Notes: generated by a model from the letters alone, not told the origin. Positions 19,063-29,266 are shown, counted from the first letter of the stretch. The stretch is 45,968 bases of DNA from an uncultured Rikenella sp. (GCA_964541495.1 CAZIRN010000001.1:1-45968), one strand, 5' to 3'. Numbers and translations are program-made.

Positions 19063-21882
19063 TTAACGACTGAGCTCAGGCTTGAGAAAAATACCGGTAT
19101 AACTTTTACTGCATTTGATTATTTCCTCCGGAGTGCCTGAAAAAACAACGTAACCTCCGTTTTCACCTCCCTCGGGCCCAAGGTCTATAATATAATCAGC
19201 CATTTTGATTACATCCATGTTATGTTCGATAACTATTATCGTGTTTCCTCTGTCAACCAGTTTGTTCAGTACATCCATCAGCACTTTTACGTCCTCGAAA
19301 TGCAGGCCTGTAGTCGGTTCATCGAAAATAAAGAGGGTTTTTCCTGTATCGCGCCTTGCAAGTTCAGTAGCCAGCTTTACTCTCTGCGACTCGCCTCCTG
19401 ACAGTGTGGTTGACGGCTGTCCTGTTTTTATATATCCCAGACCCACCTCCTTAAGAGTTTTTAGTTTATGATAAACATGGGGAACATTTTCGAAAAAATC
19501 AACAGCTTCGTCAACTGTCATTTCGAGAACATCGCTAATGGCTCGGCCCTTGTATTTTACCTCCAGAGTTTCATGATTATACCTCTTGCCGTTACACTCG
19601 TTGCAGTGCACGTAAACATCGGGCAGGAAGTTCATTTCTATTGTTTTCACTCCGGCTCCCTGACAGCCTTCGCATCTTCCTCCTTTAACATTGAACGAAA
19701 ATCTGCCCGGGCCAAATCCTCTTATTTTTGCTTCGGTAGTCTGAGCAAATAGGTTCCGGATATCGGTAAAAACGCCTGTATATGTTGCAGGGTTCGAACG
19801 GGGCGTCTTTCCGATGGGCGATTGATCCACCTCGATAACCTTGTCAATATTCTCAATCCCAATTATTTCATTATAAGGAAGAGAAGTTTCCCTCGAGTTA
19901 TGATATATCCTTGCGAGAGCGGGATGTAGGGTCTGGTTTACAAGTGTTGATTTTCCGCTTCCCGATACACCGGTTACACAGATGAATGTTCCAAGAGGGA
20001 AAGTAACATCTATGTTTTTCAGGTTATGTCCCGATGCTCCCTTTATGATGATATATTTCCCGTTTCCTTTTCTCCTACGGGCAGGCAGTTCGATACGCCG
20101 GCAGTTGTTCAGGTAACTCGAAGTAAGGGTTTTGCATTCCTTGAATTCATCGGGTGTCCCCTGCCCCACTATCTCACCGCCCAGCAAACCGGCTCCAGGT
20201 CCCACATCAATTATATAGTCGGCCGACATTATCATTTCCCTGTCGTGTTCGACCACAATTACAGAATTCCCCGCATCTCTCAATTGTTTCAGGGAAGCTA
20301 TCAGCCTTCTGTTGTCCCGCTGATGAAGCCCAATACTGGGTTCATCGAGGATATAGAGAACATTCACAAGCCTCGAGCCAATCTGTGTGGCAAGGCGTAT
20401 CCTCTGGCTTTCCCCGCCCGAAAGTGTTCTTGCACTTCTGTTTAACGACAGATAATCGAGGCCGACATCGAGCAGGAAGCTGAGGCGCGCTCTTAGCTCT
20501 TTCAATATCTCGGAGGCAATCTTCTTCTGTCGTTCACTCATCGTATCTTCAACGGTTTCAAGGAATGAATAGAGTTCCCTTATATCCATTGCCGACAGTT
20601 CAGCTATGTTTTTATTTCCTATCCTGAACCAGAGAGCTTCATTTTTCAGCCTTGTCCCTCCACATTCAGGACAGGTTTTATACTGGATGTAATATTCCTT
20701 TCCTTTTGTTCCGTTATTCCTGCCGTTTATTGCTTCGAGGTTATTCAGGAAACTTATCACTCCTTCGAATGTAAGCAAGTAATTCGAAGTAAGTCCGAGG
20801 GGAGTGTTCGAAAGTTTTATCACTTCATCGGAGCCGTAAAGAATCTTGTTGAGAGCTTCATCCGGAATCTCGCTTATCGAAGTATCGAGAGTAAATCCGT
20901 TTTTTTCGGCAATCGCTTCGATCTGCCAGAAAATCCAGGTGTTTTTGTACTTTCCGAGAGGTTCTATTCCGCCTTTTCTAATGCTCAGGGATTTGTCGGG
21001 GATTAGTTTGTTTATATCTATCTCCGATATCTCTCCGAGCCCGTTACATACAGGACATGCGCCCTGTGGCGAGTTGAACGAGAATGTGTGAGGGGCAGGC
21101 TCATTATACGATATACCTGTCACCGGGCACATTAGATGACGGCTGAAATATCGTATTTCACCTGTTTCGCCGTCGAGTATCATCATCACCCCGTCGCCCT
21201 GATCGAGTGCAAGAAGTACGGAATCTTTCAGACGTTTGTCCGATACACTGCCGACCTTGAATTTATCAATGACTATTTCGATAAAATGAGTTTTATAACG
21301 ATCGAGTTTCATGCCTGGAGTGATGTCTCTTATTTCGCCGTTGATTCTCACACTCAGGAATCCCTTAAGCCTGAGCCGCTCGAAGAGCTCACGATAATGT
21401 CCTTTCCTGCCGCGCACTACAGGTGCAAGAATAAATATCTTCTTACCTGTAAAGTCCGACTTTACGAGCCCGAAAATCTGATCATCGGTGTAATGCACCA
21501 TCTTTTCTCCCGAAGCATAAGAATATGCATCGGCTGCACGCGCATAAAGAAGACGCAGAAAGTCGTAAATTTCCGTAATCGTTCCGACCGTTGACCGTGG
21601 ATTCTTATTTGTTGTTCTCTGATCGATTGAAATCACAGGACTCAGTCCTGTAATTCTGTCCACATCAGGCCGTTCCATGCCGCCAAGAAACTGTCGGGCA
21701 TAAGCCGACAGCGTCTCCATATAACGTCTCTGGCCCTCGGCATAGATAGTGTCGAATGCAAGGGATGACTTCCCGCTGCCGCTCAAACCTGTTATTACAA
21801 CAAATTTATTGCGCGGTATTGTAACGTCAATGTTTTTAAGATTATGAACTCTTGCACCTAAAACTGTTAGCCTGTCATCCAT
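19063..21882 (-). CDS. uvrA: Excinuclease ABC subunit A
   Basis: About 939 aa. [50 protein letters not shown], two ABC modules (LSGGESQR twice) and zinc-finger Cys clusters. The track start at 21888 is GTG, and the ATG at 21882 is likely. Confidence 0.97.
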   Translation of the reverse strand: MDDRLTVLGARVHNLKNIDVTIPRNKFVVITGLSGSGKSSLAFDTIYAEGQRRYMETLSAYARQFLGGMERPDVDRITGLSPVISIDQRTTNKNPRSTVGTITEIYDFLRLLYARAADAYSYASGEKMVHYTDDQIFGLVKSDFTGKKIFILAPVVRGRKGHYRELFERLRLKGFLSVRINGEIRDITPGMKLDRYKTHFIEIVIDKFKVGSVSDKRLKDSVLLALDQGDGVMMILDGETGEIRYFSRHLMCPVTGISYNEPAPHTFSFNSPQGACPVCNGLGEISEIDINKLIPDKSLSIRKGGIEPLGKYKNTWIFWQIEAIAEKNGFTLDTSISEIPDEALNKILYGSDEVIKLSNTPLGLTSNYLLTFEGVISFLNNLEAINGRNNGTKGKEYYIQYKTCPECGGTRLKNEALWFRIGNKNIAELSAMDIRELYSFLETVEDTMSERQKKIASEILKELRARLSFLLDVGLDYLSLNRSARTLSGGESQRIRLATQIGSRLVNVLYILDEPSIGLHQRDNRRLIASLKQLRDAGNSVIVVEHDREMIMSADYIIDVGPGAGLLGGEIVGQGTPDEFKECKTLTSSYLNNCRRIELPARRRKGNGKYIIIKGASGHNLKNIDVTFPLGTFICVTGVSGSGKSTLVNQTLHPALARIYHNSRETSLPYNEIIGIENIDKVIEVDQSPIGKTPRSNPATYTGVFTDIRNLFAQTTEAKIRGFGPGRFSFNVKGGRCEGCQGAGVKTIEMNFLPDVYVHCNECNGKRYNHETLEVKYKGRAISDVLEMTVDEAVDFFENVPHVYHKLKTLKEVGLGYIKTGQPSTTLSGGESQRVKLATELARRDTGKTLFIFDEPTTGLHFEDVKVLMDVLNKLVDRGNTIIVIEHNMDVIKMADYIIDLGPEGGENGGYVVFSGTPEEIIKCSKSYTGIFLKPELSR

Positions 21883-21916
21883 AAACACATAAAATAGCTT
21901 AAAAAGCTTTAATCAT

Positions 21917-22849
21917 TCAAATTTGTTCTGAAATTTCACCCGGTATGTGGATAATATAAGTCTTATTCGAACGTCGGGAAAGAAAAGGTTTCCTGAGCCA
22001 TGGATTATAAAACTTAAGCATTTTGTAATTCGTACCGAAGGAAGCGGCGAATGCTGCAAAATCAGTAACAGCAGTATCAACCTTCACGTCGTGATAGCGA
22101 AGAGGCGCATAGAGATCATCGGCGCCTATGCTAAATCCGTATGCTTCAGGATTCGAAAGAATCAGTTTGTAGGCCACTACTCTGAAAATATATCTGGCCG
22201 TTTCTTCTGACAGAAGCAGGTTGTAGTAATTGTTTTGTTTCTGAATGGCAATCTGCTGGTCAATGGCGTTTCTTCCGCCGTTGTATGAGGCTGCGGCAAG
22301 AGTCCAGCTTCCGTATTTTTCGAATGATTTCCTGAAGTAATTGCAAGCAAATTCGGTTGATTTTTCGAGATTGTATCTCTCATCCACTTCGTTGTTTATC
22401 TCGAGTCCATATTCCCTTCCTGTAGCGGGCATTATCTGCCAGAAACCGACAGCACCGGCAGGTGAAACCATATTGCTCAGTTCGCTCTCAGCAACTGCAG
22501 CATATTTGAAATCGTCAGGAATGTTGTTTTCTTTCAATATCTTTTCAATGACAGGGAAGTATCTGTTAGCGCGTTTGATAATCATTATGGTGGAGCCGTG
22601 ACGATATGCGGTCATAATAACTTCCCTGTCGAGGCTTTCGCGGGTATCGAAATTTTCCATCGGAAGTCTTTCACCGGCAAAATCTATTGTATCTGGCAGT
22701 CGGAAAGTACCTGAAACCGGAATTTCGGAAACCGTTTTAAAAGGCTTCGGACTTTCATCTTTCAGAAAACCGGAAAACAGGATTATCATTGTCACCACAA
22801 CCAATGAGGTGATAATAATTGCATATCGAGGCCTGTTTGGATTTTTCAT
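21917..22849 (-). CDS. Lytic murein transglycosylase (SLT domain), membrane-anchored
   Basis: SLT motifs AESELSNMVSPAGAVGFWQIMPATG and AASYNGG, with an N-terminal TM anchor. The track start at 22876 is TTG. The ATG at 22849 (MKNPNRPRYAIIITSLVV) is preferred. Confidence 0.8.
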   Translation of the reverse strand: MKNPNRPRYAIIITSLVVVTMIILFSGFLKDESPKPFKTVSEIPVSGTFRLPDTIDFAGERLPMENFDTRESLDREVIMTAYRHGSTIMIIKRANRYFPVIEKILKENNIPDDFKYAAVAESELSNMVSPAGAVGFWQIMPATGREYGLEINNEVDERYNLEKSTEFACNYFRKSFEKYGSWTLAAASYNGGRNAIDQQIAIQKQNNYYNLLLSEETARYIFRVVAYKLILSNPEAYGFSIGADDLYAPLRYHDVKVDTAVTDFAAFAASFGTNYKMLKFYNPWLRKPFLSRRSNKTYIIHIPGEISEQI

Positions 22850-22974
22850 CGGCAACCATTTTAAAACAAACTGCAAAGGTACAACTTTTATGTCTGATAG
22901 AGTAATAAACGTTTAACCGGTTTAATATGAACAGGCTTTATTTTCAGGCAATCTTTTGAAGAAAGTCTTTAAAT

Positions 22975-23038
22975 TTCACCACGGGGAGCACGGCTCAACA
23001 CGGATTCCCCCGTGCCAATCCGTGAATTCAGTGGTGAA
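22975..23038. repeat. GC-rich structured element built from CACGG/CCGTG words (nested, mutually exclusive hairpins)
   Basis: Outer 8-bp stem TTCACCAC (22975-82) / GTGGTGAA (23031-38). Inner stem CACGGATT (22999-23006) / AATCCGTG (23017-24). Alternative stem CACGGGG (22980-86) / CCCCGTG (23008-14). Mini-hairpin GAGC-acg-GCTC (22986-96). Lies in an ORF-free ~450-bp gap. Confidence 0.6.
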
Positions 23039-23303
23039 CTACTATTTTGAAAGTTTCCTTGCGGAATTTTCTACGAAAGTGTTGTCTGGAATTCCCTTAC
23101 ATGATTCGATTTAATAAATTATCGTTATACTACAAGTATCCTATATACGGTATTTTTAAGAATACTTCCCACTATAAGGGGCTGTATTTTCAGTAATTTC
23201 TCTGGAACAGATTCAAGTGAATTTGGTTAATTGAATAAACCAAAGCCTGTCCACCGCCAGGACAAAATAAAGTAAAAACAATTAAAATTCCGGAGAAAAA
23301 GCG

Positions 23304-24614
23304 TCAGAAGTTATAGAAGAAACCTGAAAGGATTCCGAGCGAATAAGGATGTATATTCGAACCGGTCAATCCTCCGAGAGGAGTGATATAGTATCGAAGC
23401 AAAGGCTCAACACTGAAGGTCATCCGCTCAGAGAGCCTGTATTCCATTCCCATACCGACTGATGAGCTTATTGTAATCGGACTAAGTCCTTCAGTGCTGC
23501 CAATAGAATATTTTATACCGTCCGATTCAACATAGGATGAATTGCTTAACAGAATATTATAAGATACGCCCCCTACCATGTTTATATCAAGTCTTCGGTC
23601 AATAACCTTGTACCTCAACAAAACAGGTATTTCAATATACTTCATGTTTTGCATTATTGAATTGCCGATATAACTAAGGTCAGCCTTAAACGGGTCGAAT
23701 ACATCCATGGTATATAATGTCATAACCCTGGAAACATTGCTGTGGTCGGCTAAATAAATATCCCTGTTTGTTGTATTAATTATGCCTGAAGCGGTTCTGA
23801 TTTTGAAATCGCTTGCGCTCTTAGAATTATTATATTTTGCAAACCCTGCAAAAGATAATACCCCATCTATTTCCTGTCCAAGAGAGCTTAATGCCAGACC
23901 TGTCTGAACCGATAGCCTTTTGCTTAGCTCAATGCCGAAGGATACACCTCCAGAATATGAGAATGCTGGATTTTCTGCATTGATATAATCTTTCCCAGCA
24001 TCATCATTGCTTAAATTGAATTTCGAATAATAAGCCGGCTGAATAGTCGCTCCGAATTTCCATTTTTCATGTTCTTTCACATCTGTGGCGATATCTTTTA
24101 TTTCAAAAACTTTTCTGTCGGATGTTTTATCCGGAATATTAAATTTAGTAAGAGGAGTAAGAGTATTCCGTCTTATTGATAAGTCTCCGGTCATGTTATT
24201 AATCTCAGCGATTCTCACCTTTGAAACATCGAGTATTTCCAGTTCACCAGAAGCCGGAATATTTTGGTTCTTTTTCGAAATTACTGTAATTTCTTTAAGT
24301 GTAGTCGGCATTGTCTCAGCTTCAGGAGAAACTAATTCATTTGTAACTGAGTGAGCATTCCCCTGGTTTAAAGTGATAACCGGGTTCTTGCTAATTATTT
24401 CAGAAAATCTGGAATTAACCATCCACATGGCAGTACCTGCTGATGCAAAAATCAATGCAACGACAGCTATCCTGCCAAAGAAAGAATATCCTCTGTTTTT
24501 ACCCTGGTTTATTGAAGCACGAATATTATTCCATTCGTCAACCGGAGGCAATACTTCATAATCTTTAAGTCCGTCTCGAAAAACCAGGTCGATATTCGAA
24601 TGCTTATCAGCCAT
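23304..24614 (-). CDS. ECF-sigma-associated membrane protein: short anti-sigma-like N-terminus, one TM helix, C-terminal OM-beta-barrel-like domain
   Basis: 436 aa. The start overlaps the sigma-factor stop by 8 bp (ATGGCTGA). The N-terminal ~45 aa are cytoplasmic-looking. TM helix FFGRIAVVALIFASAGTAMWMV. The C-terminal ~250 aa have an alternating beta-strand pattern, the YIEIPVLLRYK motif typical of Bacteroidota OMP_b-brl_2/PorT-like barrels, and a terminal Phe. Confidence 0.6.
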   Translation of the reverse strand: MADKHSNIDLVFRDGLKDYEVLPPVDEWNNIRASINQGKNRGYSFFGRIAVVALIFASAGTAMWMVNSRFSEIISKNPVITLNQGNAHSVTNELVSPEAETMPTTLKEITVISKKNQNIPASGELEILDVSKVRIAEINNMTGDLSIRRNTLTPLTKFNIPDKTSDRKVFEIKDIATDVKEHEKWKFGATIQPAYYSKFNLSNDDAGKDYINAENPAFSYSGGVSFGIELSKRLSVQTGLALSSLGQEIDGVLSFAGFAKYNNSKSASDFKIRTASGIINTTNRDIYLADHSNVSRVMTLYTMDVFDPFKADLSYIGNSIMQNMKYIEIPVLLRYKVIDRRLDINMVGGVSYNILLSNSSYVESDGIKYSIGSTEGLSPITISSSVGMGMEYRLSERMTFSVEPLLRYYITPLGGLTGSNIHPYSLGILSGFFYNF

Positions 24615-25167
24615 TTATGATACTCTTTCTTATGCCTGTATATAAATTTACCTTCTTCTGAAGGATGCTCCTTGCACGTGACAGGTTGGATTTCGATGTT
24701 CCTTCCGAAATATTAAGTATCTGGCTTATCTCTCTGTGTGAATATCCTTCGATTGCATACAGATTGAAAACCATCCTGTATTTTGGCGGAAGTTCCCTGA
24801 TAATGTAAAGCAAATCACCAGCTTCAACACCGGCATAATCCTCATTGTCAGGTTCTGCTTCCGGTTCGTCGGCAGGATCGATATCATCAACCCGGTAAAG
24901 ATTATGTCTGGCTCTGAATTTCTCGAGCGCAGTATTTACCACAATCCTTCTCATCCATCCTTCAAAAGAACCTTCAAATTTATAATTCTGCAGATTCTGG
25001 AATATTTTAATAAAACTCTCCTGCAGAATGTCGCGTGCCTCTTCATCATTTTCCGAGTACTGAAGACATACTGCATAGAGCTTTGCGGCATGCCTTCTGT
25101 AGAGAAGTTCCTGGTCACGCCTGTTACCTTCAAGACAACCTTTTATTATTTCTTTTATATCGTTCAA
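24607..25167 (-). CDS. ECF-type RNA polymerase sigma-70 family factor
   Basis: 186 aa. Region 2 (ARDILQESFIKIF, FEGWMRRIVVNTA) and region 4 (YRMVFNLYAIEGYSHREISQILNISEGTSKSNLSRAR). Confidence 0.9.
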   Translation of the reverse strand: MNDIKEIIKGCLEGNRRDQELLYRRHAAKLYAVCLQYSENDEEARDILQESFIKIFQNLQNYKFEGSFEGWMRRIVVNTALEKFRARHNLYRVDDIDPADEPEAEPDNEDYAGVEAGDLLYIIRELPPKYRMVFNLYAIEGYSHREISQILNISEGTSKSNLSRARSILQKKVNLYTGIRKSIING

Positions 25168-25304
25168 GAGTCACCTGATAACGATATAAAAATAATAAAA
25201 ATTGTCTGATAAATTACAATACTACTAAACTCTCTTTTTTAGAGATGAAAATTTTTGCCTGATGGTTGCGTCTAATGGGTGTTCAGACTCTCAAACAGTA
25301 ATTA

Positions 25305-26696
25305 TCAGATATTTACCGATACGCCGTAAGCTGCGGCAGCAGCCTCCATTATTGCTTCCGACATCGTTGGATGAGGATGCACCGATTTTATCAATTCATG
25401 AGCTGTTGCTTCGAGTTTTCTTGCTACGACAATTTCCGAAATCATTTCAGTCACATTTGCTCCTGTCAGGTGAGCTCCCAGAATTTCACCATATTTTGCA
25501 TCAAAAATCAGTTTCACGAATCCTTCTCTTGCGCCTGCTGCGTTTGCCTTGCCAGAAGCTGTGAACGGGAACCTACCTACTTTTATTTCATATCCTTTCT
25601 CGATGGCAGCTTTTTCAGTGAGGCCGCAAGAAGCTATTTCTGGATTTGTGTATATGCATGACGGGATGTTGTTGTAATCGAGAGGCTCAGGCGAAAGCCC
25701 TGCCATCTTTTCGACACATATAATACCTTCTGCAGAAGCTACATGCGCAAGTGCCGGCCCGGGTACTATATCCCCTATAGCATAAATATCTTTGACTGTA
25801 GTGCGGTAAAACTCGTCAACTATCACTTTCCCCTTATCTACTTTAACTCCTGCCTCTTCGAGCCCGATACCTTCAATATTTGGTGTCACCCCTGCCGCTG
25901 AAAAGATAATGTCCGCCTCCAGAACTTCGTGCCCTGAAGGTGTTTTTACCTTAACCGTACATTTGTCATCCGATATATCGGCCTTTTCAACCGTCGAGCC
26001 AGTCAGTATTTTCATTTTCATCTTCCTGAATGATTTCTCGAGCTGTTTCGAAACCTCCTCGTCTTCAGCAGGCACAACTGAAGGCATCATCTCCACTAAT
26101 GTTACGCTTGTGCCAAGCGTTTGATAGAAGTATGCGAACTCGCTTCCTATAGCTCCTGAGCCGACAATAATCATCGAATCAGGCTGACGCGACAGACTCA
26201 TTGCCTCGCGGTATCCGATTATTTTTTTACCATCCTGTTTCAGCCCGGGTAATTCTTTAGATCTTGCTCCGGTAGCCAGGATAATTTTCGAAGCTCTATA
26301 TATTTTTCTCTCCCCTGTATCGGATGTTACTTCGACTTCACCTGCACGAAGAAGTCTGCCGAAACCTTTGATATGTTCTACTCCGTTCTTTCTGAAAAGA
26401 AAGTTGATTCCTTTGCTCATACTCTGTGCTACGGCTCTACTTCGCGCAATTACAGCCTGAAAATCAGGTTTTGCTTCACCCTTAATAGATATTCCATATT
26501 CAGATGCATGCTGTACATACTCATATACCTGTGCGCTTTTCAGAAGCGACTTGGTGGGAATGCAGCCCCAGTTAAGGCACACACCACCCGGTTCGGACTT
26601 CTCGACAACAGCAACCCGCATCCTGAGCTGTGCCGCCCTTATACCTGCGACATATCCACCAGGGCCGCTCCCGATAACGATAAGATCATAATCCAT
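25305..26696 (-). CDS. lpdA: Dihydrolipoyl dehydrogenase (E3)
   Basis: 463 aa. FAD motif DLIVIGSGPGGY, redox-active disulfide GGVCLNWGCIPTK, NAD motif IVGSGAIGSEFA, and C-terminal HPHPTMSE. Confidence 0.95.
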   Translation of the reverse strand: MDYDLIVIGSGPGGYVAGIRAAQLRMRVAVVEKSEPGGVCLNWGCIPTKSLLKSAQVYEYVQHASEYGISIKGEAKPDFQAVIARSRAVAQSMSKGINFLFRKNGVEHIKGFGRLLRAGEVEVTSDTGERKIYRASKIILATGARSKELPGLKQDGKKIIGYREAMSLSRQPDSMIIVGSGAIGSEFAYFYQTLGTSVTLVEMMPSVVPAEDEEVSKQLEKSFRKMKMKILTGSTVEKADISDDKCTVKVKTPSGHEVLEADIIFSAAGVTPNIEGIGLEEAGVKVDKGKVIVDEFYRTTVKDIYAIGDIVPGPALAHVASAEGIICVEKMAGLSPEPLDYNNIPSCIYTNPEIASCGLTEKAAIEKGYEIKVGRFPFTASGKANAAGAREGFVKLIFDAKYGEILGAHLTGANVTEMISEIVVARKLEATAHELIKSVHPHPTMSEAIMEAAAAAYGVSVNI

Positions 26697-26700
26697 AACA

Positions 26701-27543
26701 TCAATTTTTAAAATTTTCTTTTTTATGTTTTCTTAATACTAAAGAAGTAACGATTTTTGCAAAGAGCCATAGTATCACAAGGGCGAATACTATTGCAGCG
26801 CCTGCAGGTATCCCTGTAAACCAGGAAAATACATAACCGATGGACAACCCGACAAACCCTGAAATTACTGCTCCCTTCATTATGGAGGAATAATCTTTTG
26901 TAAAAAGCATTGCTATGTTGGGCGGGACAGTCAGCAAAGAAAGAACGAGAACCACGCCTGCCATTCTGATATTGAGAACTATCGTAAGAGCTATTAGCGA
27001 GGTAGTGAGGTATTTGAAAAAATCTACATGACGCGAGTAGGTTCTGGCGTAATTCTCATCAAACGAAATATAAAGAATTGTACGGTAAAAGATTGAAAAG
27101 TAAGCAATAAGCACTGCAGATAGGATTCCGAGAGAAATCAAATCGGTTTTTGTCACAAGGAGAATGCTCCCGAAGAGGAAGCTCATCAGGTTTGGAGCAT
27201 AGCCCGGAGTGAGATAGATAAATATTATTCCTATTGCCATTCCGAAAGCCCATAGAATTCCAATTGCTGAATCTTCCCTGATTTTTTGTTTTCCCGAAAG
27301 GTATTCGATTCCTACTCCGGAAAGAATTCCGAAAGCTGCTGCTCCGGCAACAGGGTTTATTCCTGCAAAATATCCTATTCCTATTCCCCCGAAAGAAGCG
27401 TGTGTGATGCCTCCACTAAGGAACACAATTCGTTTCGAGACTATATATGTTCCGGCAATTCCTGCAGTAATACCTGCAAATAGACAGCCAAGAACCCCTC
27501 TCAAAATAAAATCATATTGTAGAAGCGATTCTCCCATAATCAT
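26701..27543 (-). CDS. znuB: Metal (Zn/Mn-type) ABC transporter permease
   Basis: Multi-TM ABC-3 family pattern. The ATG at 27543 forms an ATGA overlap with the upstream ATPase stop. The track start at 27603 would overlap the ATPase by 64 bp. Confidence 0.85.
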   Translation of the reverse strand: MIMGESLLQYDFILRGVLGCLFAGITAGIAGTYIVSKRIVFLSGGITHASFGGIGIGYFAGINPVAGAAAFGILSGVGIEYLSGKQKIREDSAIGILWAFGMAIGIIFIYLTPGYAPNLMSFLFGSILLVTKTDLISLGILSAVLIAYFSIFYRTILYISFDENYARTYSRHVDFFKYLTTSLIALTIVLNIRMAGVVLVLSLLTVPPNIAMLFTKDYSSIMKGAVISGFVGLSIGYVFSWFTGIPAGAAIVFALVILWLFAKIVTSLVLRKHKKENFKN

Positions 27544-28286
27544 TCGTGTTTTCCGAGGACAGTATGAGGTACCCTTCCGTGAGTAATAAGCTGAATAGGA
27601 CATTCGTAAGCTGAGAGCTGCTCTTCTGTTATTTCCGGAGATGGATGGTAATGTAGCTGCCTGTTAACGCAGGCAAATGATTTCACATGAGCAGAAATTG
27701 TGCCTACATCATGTGATGCCACAAGAATAGCCATACGCTTATTTAGCTCATGAAGCCTCATATAAAACTCATTTTCGAAGCTCGAATCAATAAAATTGTC
27801 CGGTTCATCCAGTAAAAGAAGTTTTGGATTGCCGATTAAAGCCCTGCCGAGGAACACTCTCTGCATTTGTCCTCCTGAAAGTTCGGCAAGAGTCGCTTTT
27901 TCGAAACCTTCCAGGCCAAGTTCACGTATAATATATGATACTCTTTCTTTATCGCTTTTATCCATTCCTCCATAAACTTTTTTATGCATCATCAGACCGG
28001 AAAGAATAATATCTTTTACAGTGAGCGGGAAAGAGACATCAACGAACGACATCTGTGGCAAGTACCCGATATTTGTTCTCTTAATGAGTTCCTCGTTATA
28101 AATCACCTCTCCACTGAAAGGCTTCAATATACCGAGAATGAGCTTTAGCAGTGTTGTTTTGCCTCCGCCGTTAGGTCCGATAACACCTATAAAATCTCCT
28201 TCACCGATGACAAAATCAACATCTTCGAGTACAATCTTCTGCCCGTAACCGGCAGTAACCGATTTTAAATCCACCAGCATACTCAT
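27540..28286 (-). CDS. znuC: Metal ABC transporter ATP-binding protein
   Basis: Walker A GPNGGGKTT, signature LSGGQMQRVFLGRAL, Walker B LLLLDEP. ATGA overlaps on both sides. Confidence 0.9.
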   Translation of the reverse strand: MSMLVDLKSVTAGYGQKIVLEDVDFVIGEGDFIGVIGPNGGGKTTLLKLILGILKPFSGEVIYNEELIKRTNIGYLPQMSFVDVSFPLTVKDIILSGLMMHKKVYGGMDKSDKERVSYIIRELGLEGFEKATLAELSGGQMQRVFLGRALIGNPKLLLLDEPDNFIDSSFENEFYMRLHELNKRMAILVASHDVGTISAHVKSFACVNRQLHYHPSPEITEEQLSAYECPIQLITHGRVPHTVLGKHE

Positions 28287-29152
28287 TTCACAACGTTTTT
28301 ATCTGTAAAGCTCTTATAAATCGCATCAATAATCCCATTGACATCACTGAACCAATCGCGAGATAAAGTGCTGATTTCAACAACATGCGCGCCAGTTTCA
28401 CGAGCAATTACTTCGGCATTTCTTTTGTCGAACTCTTTCTGCACAAAGATAGCACTGATATTATTTTCAGATGCTTTATCTACAACTTCTTTGAGCCATA
28501 AGGCCGACGGTTCCTTGCCTTCCTTTTCAATCGAAACCTGCACAAAACCATAATCTCTTGCAAGATATCCGAGCGTAGGGTGAAAAACAAAAACCGGCTG
28601 ACCTGCAAATGGAGTCAGAAGTCTCAAAGCTTTATTATGAATGGCCTGAATAGAATCAATAAGAAGAGAATAGTTTTGTTCATATATATCTTTTCTATCC
28701 GGCTTAAGTTCACATAAAAGACATTTCACGGAAGAGGCTATTTTCATTGCAGAAAGCGGGGCAAGCCAGTAATGAGGATCGGCATTTATTCCATGTTTGT
28801 CTTCTCCATTCGTAATCAGGTTAATTGAGTCGGCAAGATTAAGCTTCTTCATTTTGTCATTTACCGAATAGAATTTTTCAAGCCATGCAATTTCGAAATC
28901 TAACAGTCCGTTACTTATATATGCGGCTGAATTACCGAGAGCAGTAACCTGAGATGGATATGGCTCGTATAAATGAGGGTCGGAGCCTGCGGGCACCATT
29001 ACATTAACCTGGAAATCCTCTCCGCCTATCCTGTCAACAAAGAAGGCAAACGGAGATATACTGACAGTGATAATATCGTTTTTAACGCCCGTATTACGCG
29101 ATGAACAGGAAAATAAAAAGACAAAAGGAATAAGGTAAAATATCCTGCGCAT
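28283..29152 (-). CDS. znuA: Metal ABC transporter substrate-binding protein (ZnuA/TroA-like, cluster 9)
   Basis: 289 aa. Signal or lipoprotein-like N-terminus ending FSCSS. DPHLYEP and DPHYWL metal-ligand histidine motifs. First gene of the znuACB-like operon. Confidence 0.85.
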   Translation of the reverse strand: MRRIFYLIPFVFLFSCSSRNTGVKNDIITVSISPFAFFVDRIGGEDFQVNVMVPAGSDPHLYEPYPSQVTALGNSAAYISNGLLDFEIAWLEKFYSVNDKMKKLNLADSINLITNGEDKHGINADPHYWLAPLSAMKIASSVKCLLCELKPDRKDIYEQNYSLLIDSIQAIHNKALRLLTPFAGQPVFVFHPTLGYLARDYGFVQVSIEKEGKEPSALWLKEVVDKASENNISAIFVQKEFDKRNAEVIARETGAHVVEISTLSRDWFSDVNGIIDAIYKSFTDKNVVK

Positions 29153-29177
29153 TCAATTTCAGTTTAAATAGTGCAAA

Positions 29178-29189
29178 TTTAACATGTTA
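29178..29189. promoter_or_regulatory. Perfect 12-bp palindrome TTAACATGTTAA upstream of znuA (candidate Zur/Fur-family operator)
   Basis: Read directly. Lies 26-37 bp upstream of the znuA start codon in the divergent spacer. Confidence 0.3.
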
Positions 29190-29266
29190 ATCCTTAAGTT
29201 CAGGAATGTTGAAAATAAAATAATATAAATTAATTTTAACAATATTTTTATTATAGCCGGTGCCGG

